From Azolla caroliniana (taxonomy: Eukaryota > Plantae > Polypodiophyta), in NCBI GenBank assembly GCA_043228905.1, contig JBHGNT010000002.1, forward strand, positions 24,986,001-25,050,000: a DNA stretch of 64,000 nucleotides, in the 5' to 3' direction. The position numbers were made by a program, and so were the translations under genes. Each line of letters begins with the position of its first letter. Positions within the stretch are counted from its first letter, which is position 1. Shown here in pieces: positions 33,480 to 47,300 of this stretch. The notes beneath the pieces were generated by a model, which ran no database searches, was not told where the DNA came from, and worked only from the letters and a program-made list of their open reading frames with translations.

Positions 33480-36400
33480 AGAACGTAATTTCCAAAATTA
33501 TATCAAAACTCTGTATACACATTGTGCTAAGTAGCACTATTTATACAAGTCCTCTTGGGACTGACAGAAGTACCATGTACTTTAATGCTCACACGAGCAT
33601 CTGACACTTACCACGAGACTATAGCTACCTAGTAGTCTATCCTATACTAGGCTTCCGATTGGACTGCCGGTTACGGATTGCATCCGGCCTCCACTGCTTG
33701 CCGGTTCGGTTGCTCATCGTCATACCGATCCGTTTCGCCCGATCCGTCTCGCTTACCGGCTCCGGCTTATTCAGCCGGTCCGGCTCTGGTTGAGCTTGCC
33801 GCTCAACACTCCCCCTCAAGCTCAACCTGAGGTGGGGTCGTAGTGTCGACCTCTGTGGTAGTCGGTTCTTCCAATCGACTTCTCCTGGCGTCACTCCGCC
33901 TTGCTTGCGCTCCTCGTCCGGTCCGGTCCCATTTGCCGCGACCCCTTTGGTTCTGTGCGCCTCGACCCTCTCGATCGGCATGTCTGCTCAATAGGCCCAT
34001 CTCAGCACTCACGTTGCTGTGTCTCCGGCACTTGCCGATCCGTCGGCTCTCCCACGATGGCATCGACTTCCGTTGTGTCCGTGTCCCCTTGGCCTTCAGT
34101 TGATCCGACTCATCCGGATCCATCTGTTGATCCGAGTTAGCTGTCTCCGACTCGTTCCAGCTCTTGTCCGAATCGGTACACTCCGATTCGACTTCCGGAT
34201 TCAGGCCTTTCACCACATCGGACCACTTCCGAGTCTTGGCCTTCTCCATGCTTCCCTCGGCTTCTTCAGCCGGTGAACCGAAATCGAATTCTTCATTCGA
34301 CTCTGTATCATGGTCAGTACCGTCGTGATGACCTCCACTCAGCACGCACTTCTCTTCCTGAGTGCACGTCGACTCGGCTTCCTTCATCTTCTTGTCTCTT
34401 CTTCTTCCGGCTCTCCTCTTACCGACAGGTTCAACAATTTTTTGGCCTTTGCCCGTTTCGGTAGAGACTTTGCCCTTGCTTCTCCCCCTCAAGTGCGGCA
34501 CGTCGAGATGCTGAATACCAAGCATGTCGGTAAAGTGCTGCAACTTGTCTGATCCGAGCGGCTTGGTGAAGATGTCGGCAACTTGCCGATCCGTATGAAC
34601 ATACCGTAGGTCAACTTCACCGCTCAGGACCCGCTCACGCACGAAGTGGTAGTGCACCTCGATGTGCTTTGTGCGAGCATGGAACACAGGGTTCCTGGCG
34701 AGCTGCAGGCTGCTCATGTTATCACAGTAAATCGGGAGCGGGGTCGGTACCTCGATCTGCAAGTCTCGCAGCAGTCGCCGAAGCCAGATGGCTTCACAAG
34801 TGGCAATGGTAGCGGCCCGGTACTCAGCCTCAGTGCTTGACAAAGCCACTGTGGGCTGCTTCTTGCTGCTCCACGCAACGGCCGCGCTACCTATGGAGAA
34901 CATGTATTGGGAAGTGGAGCGGCAATAAGACGCATCGCCGGCCCAGTCAGCATCGGTGTAACCGACAAGCTTTTCGGGTATACCTCGCCGGTATAGCAGT
35001 CCCCGGTCCTTAGTGCCGCTGACATACCGTAATATTCGTTGCGCGCACTGAAGGTGCTCCACGGTCGGCTTATGCATGAACTAACTTACCATGCCGACCG
35101 GATAGCTGATGTTGGGTCGGGTGATGGTTAAGTAGATCAGGCTTTTGACAACCTGTTGAAACCGTTTTTCATTGTAGGCCGGTCCGGAGTTGGGACAGAG
35201 CTTTTGGTTCCGGTCCAGGGGTGTGGAGACAGGGCGGCAATCCGTCATGCCGAACTTATACAACATATTCAACACGTAATGTCGTTGTGAGAGCAATATG
35301 CCGTCGGGGGTCCGGATCACTTCGATCCCAAGAAAATAATGAAGGTCCCCCAGGTCCTTCATTTCGAATGCGTCCGACAACTAGGACTTGACGTGGTTGA
35401 TTTCGGGAAGATCCAGTCCGGTGATGACTAAATCATCCACATACAAGAGTATACATACCGGACCGTCAGAGCCTTGCCGGATGAACAACGAAGAGTCCGA
35501 CTTAGAGACAGCAAACCCCAACTTACGCAACCGGTGCGTGATCTTCGCGTTCCAAGCTCGGGGGGCTTGCTTCAAGCCGTAAAGCAACTTCTTCAGTCGG
35601 CATACCGCCAATTTGTTCATCTCCGATTGAAATCCGGGGGGCTGAGTCATAAAGACTTCTTCTTCAAGCTCTCCTTGAAGGAAGGCGTTCTTCACATCCA
35701 TTTGGTGAAGATGCCGCCCCCTTGCCGCAGCAACCGCCAGTACCACACAAACCGTCGTCATCTTCACCACAGGAGCGAAGGTCTCGTCGTAGTCGATTCC
35801 GTGGGTCTGCACGTATCCCTTCGCCACTAACCGGGCTTTGTACCAGTTAACAGAACCGTTGGCATTGTACTTGACCTTGTACACCCACTTGCATCCGATC
35901 GGTTTACAGTGACGGGGAGGATCAACTAGGTCCCAAGTTTCGTTGGCATCGAGTGCTCGCATTTCTTCGTCCATAACGGCACGCCAATTTGCGTCCTTTG
36001 CCGCTTCTGCGTAGCTCTCCGGCTCACGCACTTCTGTCACTTTAGTCATGTACGCATAATGATGCGCCATGTATTCATTGTACCCGTACCGCATGACGGG
36101 ATCCTTCTGGCGGGTTGATCGGCGCAACGCACCGTCACCTGATTTGAGGCCCTTCTTGGCCAGTTTGGTCTTCGTTGCCGAAGATCCGCCTTTCTCCTTT
36201 CCGGAGTCGGATACGCACCGATCCGACTCATCGTTGCCGGTTTCGAATTCCGGCATCTTCCTCTTCCCCTTCTCTTTGCAAGTGAACCGTTTCCTCAGTG
36301 ACTTGCGCGGGGAGAGCACGGCAGAGTCTCCACCACTTGCCGTCTCTTCATCCGACTGGTCCAACCGACTCAGTCGCTCGTTCGGTCCACTCAACCGTAA

Positions 36401-38851
36401 CGATTCCGGACTCTCATCTTGAGTCCCGGCTTCATCATCCTTTGCCAGGGCTGATTCAGGCTCACTGGCCTAATCTTCCGACATTGGGTCGGGATCGGAA
36501 GTCGGAGTCGGTACGGAGTACCAAGATGCCGATTCATCGAACTCGACATCCCGGCTAACTCGGACTTCCTTCGTCCGGGGGTTATAGCACTTAGACCCCT
36601 TTTGCTCTTGAGCATAGCCGACTAGGATGCATTTTTCCGATTTTGCATCCAACTTTCTCTGCTTCTAAAGGTGTCGTAAGTTCGGCTTGCGCCCGAAATA
36701 TAGCTCATGAGCTGACACCTTGTCACCAATGCGGTTTTGTATGTAGACGGCCGTCTGGACCGCCTCCGCCCAGTAGAACTAGGGCATGCTCTTCTCCTCT
36801 AGCATTGCCCTTGCCGCTTCGACGAGTGTCTGGTTCTTCCTTTCGGCCACACCGTTTTGCTCCGGTGTGTATCTGCAGCTGAACTCTCGCTGAATTCCCT
36901 TCTGCTGCAGATAACCAGTGAATTGGCCAGAAAAATATTCCTTTCCGCCATCCGACCGAAGGCATTTGATCTTCCTCTCCGATTCCCGTTCCACCATCTT
37001 CTGGAGGCTCAGGAAACAGTCGAAGACTTCGCTCTTCCGCTCAATGAGGTAGATCCAAGTATGTCGAGTATAATCGTCGATGAAGGAGACGAAGTACCGG
37101 CTCCCGCCAAGGCTTACACTTTGTGTTGGTCCCCACACATCCGAATGGATGAGATCGAGCTTGTTACGGCTCCGGTTCTGTTCGGTGGGGAATGGAAGCC
37201 GGTGTTGCTTCCCAAGTTGGCAGGCTTCACAAATTTCGGCTCTCCGGCCGCTGAACTTCGGCAAACCGACAACGACTTGTTTCGTTTGCAGGTCTTGAAG
37301 CCTCCGGTAGTTGACGTGGTCTATCCGCTTGTGCCACAGGTCGATGTCCGACTCGACCTTCTGTCGATTCGCGAACAGAGCGGTGCCAAAGTCATTGGTG
37401 TTGAGGATAAACATCCTCCCGTCTCTGTGCCCTTGCGCAATGACTTCGCCCTCATCCTCAATGAAGCACCCGAGGTGCGTAAACCGCACCTGCATCCCCT
37501 GGTCGACAATTTGATCGACGGACACCAGGTTCTTCGTGATTGTCGGAACGTGTAATACGTTCATCAGCTTCCCTTTCTGTCCGACGTGGCTTAGAGGGAC
37601 TTCTCCGACGTGCACGATTCGGTGAGGAGTGTCGTCTCCGGTTTCGATTACTCCTGGTTGATCCGGTTTCTCCAGAAAGGAGAACCACTCTTTGTGGTTC
37701 GTCATGTGGTTCGACGCGGCGGAATCAACATATCACACTTCCTCCGTTTTGGAAATGGTCTTCTTCATTGAGTTTTCCTTGTGATTCATCACCAAGGCTG
37801 GCCCCTTACCGGCCTTTCCGGTTCCGGATCCTCCTGATCCGTTTGCGTAGTGCGAGTTTTGCCGGCCACCCTTACCGGTCTTGCTGGATCCGGATTTGTC
37901 CGAATCGGCACGCTTTCTCCAACACTCGCTTTCCCTGTGGCCTTTTTTGCCACAATACCAGCATTCCGTAGCAGATTTGTCTTGCCGGCCTCTGGCACCG
38001 CCTTGACTCCCCCTGCTTGTGGAAGTCCCGGAACTGCTGTCGGCACACTCATAGTGCCTTCGTTCCTGCTCTTGCCGGCCGCCTCCATTGCGTGCCGACC
38101 CACCTCTTCCACCACGCCCACGGAGTCGATCCGTTCCCATGTACAACATTTGGCTGTTCGGGGATGCACTGGTAGATGCACCGGCGTGGTTCTCCTCTAC
38201 AAGGAGCATCGACTGTAAGTCAAAGAATGAGGGGGTATTCTCCCTTGTACACACCGCAGTCCGGAACACTCCGAACTTGGACGCCAGGCCTCCGAGACAT
38301 ACCTGCACCATCTCGTCTTCCTCTACGGTAACATTGATAGAGGCGAGCGAGTCGCAGATCTCCTTTATCCGGCCCGTGTAGTCTGCCACGGACATGTTCT
38401 TCTGTCGAACATTGCTCAACTCCTGTTTGTGTTGCAGCTTCCGGGCAGTGGTGCTTGTGGCGAAAACCTTTTTCAGGTTCTCCCAAGCATCCTTCGGTGT
38501 CTTGGCGTCACGGATGTGGCTGAGCAGCTGATCGCCGACACTGGACGCGAAGCAGTACATCACCCTGCTTGCCACCTGTTCCCATACTGGGAAGTCCTTG
38601 TGTGCCGAGTCGGGCGCCGCATCATTCGCTCCTTTGACATAACTCCAATACCCGTGTCCAAGCAGGTACTAGTGCATCTTGTAAGACCAGGATGCGTAGT
38701 TGCTCCTGTCGAGCTTCTCCACCGGGATCGACGTAGCCATGCCTCTATCCATGTCTTCTACTGTGTCTGTTTTCGACCTGTTAGGGTTTTCTTCTCAAGA
38801 GTAAATGTCTGCAGCAGAGGTTCTCAACCCTCGCGCTTTGATACCATGTAA

Positions 38852-38944
<93 letters not shown>

Positions 38945-40992
38945 AGAACGTAATTTCCAAAATTATATCAAAACTCTGTATACACATTGTGCTAAGTAGC
39001 ACTATTTATACAAGTCCTCTTGGGACTGACAGAAGTACCATGTACTTTAATGCTCACACGAGCATCTGACACTTACCACGAGACTATAGCTACCTAGTAG
39101 TCTATCCTATACTAGGCTTCCGATTGGACTGCCGGTTACAGATTGCATCCGGCCTCCACTGCTTGCCGGTTCGGTTGCTCACCGTCATACCGATCCGTTT
39201 CGCCCGATCCGTCTCGCTTACCGGCTCCGGTTGAGCTTGCCACTCAACAATATGCTTAGAGAATAAGTATCTCTTCCTTCTCGTATCAATACAACGAATT
39301 TGAGTTGTATGATGGTTTATTCACCCAACCGATGACTAGTTAGAGGGTCGCTACTCTCTTATTTAGGTGGGCCACCTAGTCCAAGGGCGAGGCATATCAT
39401 TGTAGGATAATAAAAATAAAGAACCTAGGGCATGCTAATTCTATCAAATTGAACAATCTATAATGATAGAGAACTTGATTATAATATTCTTATAACTCCT
39501 AGATTTTATTCTTTAGCATGTCAATGATCATTCAATTATGGTTCTACCTCACTCATTCATCTTTAACATCGGAACATTTTTTATTGTTTTAGTCTTTTTT
39601 ATGTTTTAAAGGTGTTAAGCTTTATGGTGGATACGTCAACTGTTAATATCACTAGAAATACCATTTTTGACACCGGAACATCCATAACACTCTTCCCTGC
39701 AAGTGTGGTGAAAGCAATTGGTGATATGGTAAGAGAAATCATGAATGGTTATTTTGTATGACATCGATGAGTTTAAAAACATGCCCAAAAGAAGTATTCA
39801 TACTAAGAGTCGAGGAGTAAAGTCCTAGTGTGAGCCAATGACATTCACTCATAGATTAATAATTATGTACTCTTTCTATGAAACAACCTTTAACCTAGTT
39901 GTTATTGCACTTAGTTGAAGTATTGTTAAATCTTCCCATGCCCACAGACATGTGTGGATGCAACTCATATGCATCAAGCAACCATCCATGTGTAGAAATA
40001 AACTAGATGCCAAAGTATGGTGCCAATGGTATTTTTATTAAAAAATTATTGACAAATTTTTAAATGCAGTTTAATATAAAACTCGGATCTAAAGCATCCC
40101 CAATTGAAATTCAAGGTTTTACACTACGATATTGTTGGAACATCAAGTACGTATATGTATGCTTTATCATCTCATGATATCGATTGTTAATTGCTTTGTT
40201 GGATTAAAAGTCTATATGTTTAAATTTTCTAGCACTTTAACGGGCATTACAACATTGCCCACATTAGGTATTGTATTTGATGGAGGAAGTACGTGGGAAG
40301 TTCTACGCCCATTTGTGGGCATTGGAGATAACTCGGTAAACCATCTAATTTTTGTTTCTTATGAGTGTACATACATTATGTCATGTGAGTTACGATATTT
40401 GAATTGAGAAACATGACATATAAATGGTCTTAATTAAGAGTTTAAATTGTATCCATGCAACAGGGAAACCTATTATATGTTTGCTTAGGCATCTTAGAGG
40501 ATCCAGACAATCGTTATAGCATAATTGGATGTAAGTGCAATAAAATAAGGGGATGATAATGCTTATGACATGGTTTTGTATTTCATAGTCACATTTTTAC
40601 ACCTCTTTCAACAGATAATTTCATGGAGGGTTATGAATATTTTTTTGATCAAGCATCGAGTATTTTTAGTTGGGTCCCTTCTAATTGTAAGTGTTCATAT
40701 TGTTTTCGTTCACTGGAATTGTTTGATATAGGCATCCATGTCATGTATGTTGCATGTGTGTGTAGGTTCTGATTCTACTTCCACTACCACATCACAATCT
40801 TTACCAATTAAAGACTTCAATATAACTTCTTCACCGAACTCACCACCTGAATCATCCCAACCATCTACACCCTCTCCCACATCACCGACTTCAATGTCTG
40901 TAAATGATGGAGACAAGACGTTCCCTATTGTATCAATAATCTTCGTTATTTCAAATGCATTCCTTTGTTTAGTGTTGCAATTCTTATGTTGA
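20791..40992 (+). CDS. Pepsin-like (A1) atypical aspartyl protease with signal peptide and probable GPI/TM tail, 10 exons
   Basis: Exons 20791 (or 20743)-21149, 21994-22141 (LHYAIVTIGSP...ALDTGSDLLWVPC), 25526-25761, 25889-26119 (GCGQVQTG..APNGLFGLG..FSMCF), 39593-39728 (IFDTGTSIT), 40070-40146, 40233-40335, 40464-40530 (CLGI..SIIG), 40615-40686 (YNFMEGY..FD..W..SNC), 40766-40992 (Ser/Pro/Thr stalk plus hydrophobic end). All junctions are GT-AG and in phase. Confidence 0.9.
22543..22855. mobile_element. Mutator-like (MULE) MITE in protease intron 2
   Basis: ~125-bp imperfect TIRs starting GGGAAAAGTACCA / TGGTACTTTTCCC, with a 9-bp TSD TTAATAATA (22534-22542, 22856-22864). Confidence 0.92.
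27498..30030 (+). mobile_element. Non-autonomous Ty3/gypsy chromovirus (Tcn1/Tf1-like): LTR-gag-[PR/RT/RH/IN core deleted]-GPY/F-chromodomain-LTR
   Basis: LTRs at 27498-27825 and 29582-30030 (TGTCA..GACA); flanks GAGAG/AAGAG. Gag runs 27919-~29036 with stops and a frameshift (EPKISLPAKFDGTRSQFRGF; CLYCGGLGHIAVNCP knuckle). 29041-29560 encodes FQVGDRVWL..GPY..HPVFHVSLLEP and YEVVAILDSK..YLVDWLGY..TWEP. PPT is AAAAGGGGGGA. Confidence 0.9.
31700..32190 (+). pseudogene. Decayed non-LTR (RTE-like LINE) reverse transcriptase fragment
   Basis: FVDFKK at ~31952 followed by TIPMSKL*KTMEKRGV, and GVRQGCAL at ~32127, match LINE RT motifs (FVDFxKAFD, GVRQGCPLSP). Heavily degenerate, so boundaries are approximate. 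Confidence 0.5.
33383..39249 (-). mobile_element. Full-length but nonsense-mutated Ty1/copia retrotransposon in protease intron 4
   Basis: 5' LTR 38847-39249 and 3' LTR 33383-33808. PBS TGGTATCAAAGCG (tRNA-iMet type) and PPT TTGAGGGGGAG. Domains in copia order: gag with CWYCGKKGHRESEC, PR (YVDSAASNHMT), IN (LIHSDVWGP..RSDGGKEY..PEQNGVAER), RT (LYGLKQAPRAW, YVDDL), RH (YTDADWAG, RTKHIEVHYHFVRE). Flanks share ATAT. Confidence 0.95.
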
Positions 40993-41329
40993 CAACATAT
41001 TGATCAACCAACATATACGATGATGCCATTTTCTTACAATTCTCTGAGAAATATATACAACATTTTCTATTGATTACCAATTGGTAACCCTCATGGCAAT
41101 ATGCCAACAAATAAAGGTGTACATATATAACTTGATTGTGAGGACAACTACCCAAATTTGTAGTTTTGTTTATATAATTCAAGAAAACAACTACTTTGTG
41201 ATGTACCATACAATGAACGAGGTTTTCCTTGAATCTTTTGTATCAATCTTTATATTTGTTTTATAATGCATGTTAGATGTAGAGAAATATGATTTGTGCT
41301 CACATTTGTTAGCTTGTGTATTTTTTGTG

Positions 41330-41367
<38 letters not shown>

Positions 41368-44324
41368 ATAAAAGATTCACTTCGGCATTAATGAAAAGAT
41401 GCTCACATGCTACAAAGAACTCATATAGGTAACCATAACCATCATACCCTCATCAACCTGTTGGCATAAAAGGCTAACTCCTTCCACTTTGTATCCTTAG
41501 TGTGAACACATTATTTAGTTAAGGCTTGAGTATATAAGCTCAAACCTAACCTTATAAAAGGTGTCTTGGAGTAAAAAGAGTTATCTAGAGAAGAGAACAA
41601 GAGAAGACTTCCATGGAAGCTTAATTTGAGTCTACCTCCCTTCTTCTTCTTGTTGCATATCTGTGTTGTTTGCTATACACATCTTATCTTGCAGGTCCTT
41701 ATCATATTCTTTATCTAACATATTACAATAAGTGGTATCAGAGTGACCTTATTGTCTAATGACGACAAATAGCAGAAAAACCTAGAAGAGAAGTCATCCA
41801 ACTGAGAGAAAAAGACAAGGTCAACAACCTCTACTTCTAGTAAAAGAATGGTGACATAGTCCGACACGAGTATGGAAATCCAAACGTTCGATGGGAAGAA
41901 ATTTGCCCTCTGGAAGGAACTGATGCAGGATGTCCTCATCATCCAACGACAAATTGAAGACATTCGGCATACCACCAAGCCGACTTCAATGTTTGTAGAA
42001 GAATGGCGATCTATGACAAAATAGTCAGCATGGCAACGACGACGACTACATGCTCTTTGTGGGAGAAACTACATGCAGTGTATGAAAAGAAATTCTCCTC
42101 ATCAAAGTTGATACTGGTTCGACTGTTATTCAACATGAAGATGAGAGAGATGGATCCAACAACCTCCCACATCAACACCTTCAGTCGAGTGTTATCTGAG
42201 CTCTCCTCCCAAGGGATTAACTTTGAAGAAGAAGTTAAAGCCCTTGCCCTCCTTTCGAGCTTACTGGCGAGTTGGGAGGTATTTTGTATGACTTTTGCCA
42301 CCAACAGTTCGAATCTAAATCTAGATGAGACAATCGAACAAGTCCTCATTGAGGACATTCGGTGAAAATTGATGGGACTCACCATCGAGGAGTTGGAAAA
42401 AGCCCACCATTCAACCGAGTTGATCGAGAGAACAAGTCGAAAGAACTGGTCGAAGCACCAGTTGACCAAGAAAGAAGGGAGACCGACAATAGTCGAAGTC
42501 GAGGAATAGTTGACCAAGTGATTTCTGCACCCACTACAGAAAAACTGGTCACAATGTTTTCGACTATTGGTTGATTAAAAGAAAGGAGAGCGGTCAATGA
42601 TTCAAGTGGAATTCAGGACGTTCTGACTCGAACCATTCTCAAGTCAGTAGCCAAATCATTGTTGTCGACTCCCAGTTAGGAGAAATCCTCTCCCTAGAGG
42701 ATTCGATGATCGGAGAAGTCCTCTATAGCATGCAAGACGCATGAACGTGGCTACTAGACTTCGGTGCCACATTTCACGTGATCCCAAATATCGAATGGTT
42801 TTCGAACTATTCGGCCGGAGCCAATGGCACTATCCAACTCGGCAATGGGCAGGAATGCAAAATTGCCGGAAATTGCGAGTACCAATTTGATTGACGAATG
42901 ACAATACAATCGTCTTGCACCATGTCCAAACATTCCCAAGCTCAAAGGGAGTCTAGTCTCCATCAACATGTTAGACGAAGACAAGTACCGAACGACTCTC
43001 AATGAGTTGTCATGGATGATCAGTCGAGGAAACATGAAAATTGGGAACGGATGCAAGTATAATAACTTGTATCCATTAATGGCAATCAATCCCGAGGGCA
43101 CAAGGAACTTAGCCGAATTGACTAACTCGAACATATGGCATGGCCGACTCGGCCATATATCTCAAGTTGAACTGGACCGACTAATGGCGAACGACTACAT
43201 CGCCAACCTCCAGACAAAGGCGGGGTTCTGTGAGCATTGTCGTTACGGGAAACAGACCCAAAGTCCGCACTCTCTCCATTATGAGATGGTACGACAACCC
43301 CTAAAACTGGTGTACACAGATATATGTGGGCCAATGCTCGAAAGGTCATTAGGAGGCTCCCGACATTTCATCACATTCATTGATGATTGTCCACGGAAAG
43401 TCTGGGCTTACTCAATTAGGTTGAAAGATGAAGCACTCGAGGTCTTCACTCAATGGATAGCCAAAGTGGAGAACCAATCAGGATACCGAGTGAAGACACT
43501 CCGGTCCAATAACGGAGGTGAATACACCACATGAGCCTTCAAGCAGTAACTGGTCGAAAAAGGGATCCGACACCAAAAGACCGTTCCTAATACTCTCATT
43601 CAAAAGGGCGTGGTGGAACGGATGAACAAAATGATCCAAGAGAGGGTGACAACAATGCTCTAGCAATCCGGTCTAAAGTTGGAATTTTGGGTTGAATCGT
43701 TGTAGACGGCAGTATATTCGATCAAGCTGTCGTCGTCGAGAGCAATACAGCTTGAAGTGCCATAAGCACTATGGTCAAGCAAATGACCGACCTATGATAG
43801 GCGTTGTATATTAGGATGTGAAGCATAGGTCTTCATCCAAAGGGAGAAAAGGATGAAGTTGGCACCCCGTGCACTTAAGTGTATATTTCTTAGTTATGAA
43901 ACTGATGGGGATTTTGGCTATTGGCTATGGGATCTTAAGAACCAGAAATTGATCTGGAGTAGTGACATAGTCTTCAAGGAAGACTTGATTATCTCTGAAC
44001 GGAACCAACTGAAAAGGGTTGACAAAAAGGTCTCTTTCGACATCAACAAAGATCATGTCGTAGAAGGATCGACCAACTAGGCCGAATTGGAGATTCGACA
44101 AACAGTCGAAATTGATCGAGCTGGTGACCCCCTTGCCAAATACGAATTGACAAGAGGTGTACTAGTCTAAATTGATACAATTAAGAGATTGACAAGAGGT
44201 GAAAGAGAGAGTCGAAACAACCAAATCACTGAAATAGGTCAAGGTACCAATTTAAGGTCAAACAGAACCAACCAAGGCACCAACCACTCTGTCCATCGAT
44301 CCCGAAGAAGGAGAGGATGATTTG

Positions 44325-47300
44325 TGTTGAGAACCGAACTCAACTTCCCATAGAGATAGTGTTCACACTAGCCAATGGACATCATACTAGGCTAGTTTTG
44401 TAATTAGTAGAAAGGGCACTTGCCCTAGACTAGTTGGTATTTAAACAAACACTTTGTAACTTAGTTATTGTTGGATGTAATCATATTTTTTCTAACATAG
44501 CTTCTTGTTCTAAGCTCTCTCTCTCTCTGCCTTGCCTTCCATTGCAAAGCACCACCTACGTCTCTCCTTCTTAACATGGTATCAGAGCGAGTGGTTTTCT
44601 TATCCAGTTTATTCAACTGACTTGCGCTACACACCGACGATCAACAGAACCGACTCAAGCAACAGAGAAGAAATCGACATCATGAACACTTAAATGGGAA
44701 GTGCTCTTCCTATAGAAGCTCGATAGGACAAACTTTGCATCTTGGGAGTACAAAATGCATCAATACCTTGTCGGATAAGCTTATTAGAGCTATATCAAGG
44801 GAGTTCATGAAACACAACCCAACCCAACACACGTCGACTACCTAGCCTTGGAGCAAGCCATAAGTTGTGTGTTGTATTGCCTTGCAGCATGCGTCCATGA
44901 TCACATGCTCTGCTATATTCGAGAGGTGAAAACGCCAAAAGAAGCTTGGGGCAATCTCAAAAAGATTTTTGCGGCCAATATGGTTGCACGAAGGCTCCAA
45001 CTCCGACACGAGTTGAATAACATGCAACAAAGGGACATGTCAATAACCTGTTATGCCTTGAAGATTAAGGAGTTGTGTGATGCCCTCAGGTCAATAAATG
45101 TCATCATCGATGATGACGAAATGGTGCAAATATGCCTCGGCGGCTTGGCACCTCCATTGGACATGATTAGATCAGCCATTCTCACAAGGGAGAACCCTCC
45201 TTCCTTTTTCGACCTTGAATCTATACTACTGGTGGAAGAAAATAATGCCTGACAAAGGAGCAATGCACTAGATGGTGAGATGCTCTACTCCCAGTTGGAT
45301 CATAGAAGAGGATTCAGCCGAGGGCGATAGGGTCAAGCGACCCGAGAACGCAATTCCCACCAATGGCAAGAAGATAGGAACAATCACAGGGAGTTCGGCA
45401 GAAGGGGGAGGCATCCCGTCGGACCAAGCCATCACAACAACCTGATCGAATGCGGATATTATGGAAAACTCGGCCACTATGAAGAGGACTGCCGAAAGAA
45501 GAAGCGAGAGTTAGCTTCGACCAGCTGACAACTCACAAATTACGCCATGAATTCTGATTATGAAGATCATGGCGGAATGTTCGTAATGAGATACAAAGCT
45601 CATTTAATGTCTGGCACCTCATCCTTGGAAGATATATGGTTTGTAGACTTCGGAGCATCCAATCACATGACATATCATGAGATTGGTTCCAAGAGTTGAG
45701 AAAGCCCGATCAACCCAACTATGTCGAAACCGGAAACGACACAACTCATTTGATTCGGCAGATCGGAAATGTCCCATTCAGGAATGACGACAAACAAACC
45801 TACCTAAAGACCATATTGCATGTCCCAACCATCACGAAAAATCTAGTGTCAGTAGGACAAATTGTCGAACAAGGCATGCAAGTACGATTCAATAATGAAG
45901 GGTGCTTTATTGAGAAAGAAGGCCGATTAGTAGCTCACATTAGAAGAGAAGGCAAAATGTTCATCCTCAAATCGAATGAGGTGAAATCAGCCATGTTCGC
46001 CAAAGGCCTCAAAGTCAAAACTAACTTGAAACTGTAGCACAAGCGACTTGGCCACATCAATCTCCAAAAGCTTAAAGCAATGCAGTCGAAAGGAGTCATA
46101 ATCAGATTCCCGACATTTACCGAAAAGGAGGTAGTTGGTGTATGTGAAGCCTGCCAATTCGACAAACAACACTGACGACCATTCCCGAAAGAGAGGAATG
46201 TGTGCAAAGGGATCCTGGATGTAGTACGTTCAGATGTGTGGGAACTAGCCCAGACGACAAGATTTGGTGGTTGCCGATATTATGTCACGTTCATCGACGA
46301 CTTCTCGAGGCATACTTGGATCTATCCTATGTTGCAGAAGAGTGAAGTGTTCAGACACTTCCAAAGGTTTAAAAATGAAGTCGAAAAAGCCACAAGTCGA
46401 CATGTTTGGTGCCTTCGACCGGATGGAGGCAAGGAGTATTTCTCGGATGAATTTACAACGTATCTCTGAAAGGGAGGAATTCGATGAGAATTCTCGTGCC
46501 GACACACACCTTAGCAAAACGGAGTAGCTGAACGGAAGAATCGGCATATAGTAGAGGTGGTAAGAGCAATGATGAATGAGAAGAACCTGCCAAAATCGTA
46601 TTGGGCAGAAGTGGCTAACACAGTCGCCTACCTCATGAATAAGTGTACAACCTCTAGGGTACACAACGTAACCCCTAATGATAAGTTTTTCGGAAAGAAG
46701 CCAGATCTATCACATATCTAGATATTCGGCTCGATCGCGTACGTGCATATTCCCGACGAGAAGCGACAAGAGCTCGACCCAAAGTCGGAGAAATGTATCC
46801 TCGTAGGATACTCACTCGAACAAAAGGGGTACAAATGTTACAATCCGTTGTCGTGAGGATTGTCAGTTATGGTGAGAAAACCCGAGTGGGACGAATAAAA
46901 CGGGATGTGCAACATTGCACATGCATTTAGTAAATTTGTAAAGTAAGAACAATAAAACAAACGTAAAAGGAAGGGTAAAATGTAATGTGCTAAAGGTGCA
47001 CTACAAAGTTCATGAAGTATAAAGGTGATGTGCACTTAGGTGTACATGCACATGTAGACTAAAGAGGAGTGAATGGAAGTACGGGTGTAATAAGTAGGGG
47101 CATGGTTGTGTGTGAAAATGAGAGGAGGGCGAGTTAAGGCCACAACAATCTCTCCTCCTAAGATCAAGGCAAATATTCCCCCTTTGAAAGGAGTGGAAGA
47201 TTTGAGCTCTCCTTTTTGTAATAAGCCTCACCTCTTTCTACTATAAAAAGTGTTAAGGGGTCACCATTGAGGGGGTCGTCATTTTGTCATTTAGAGGTAG

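Noticed and set aside
34900-38700. In-frame TAG/TGA stops as programmed readthrough or U-to-C editing sites
   Set aside because: They correspond to CAG/TGG transitions typical of methylation-driven decay in nuclear TEs; U-to-C editing is organellar.
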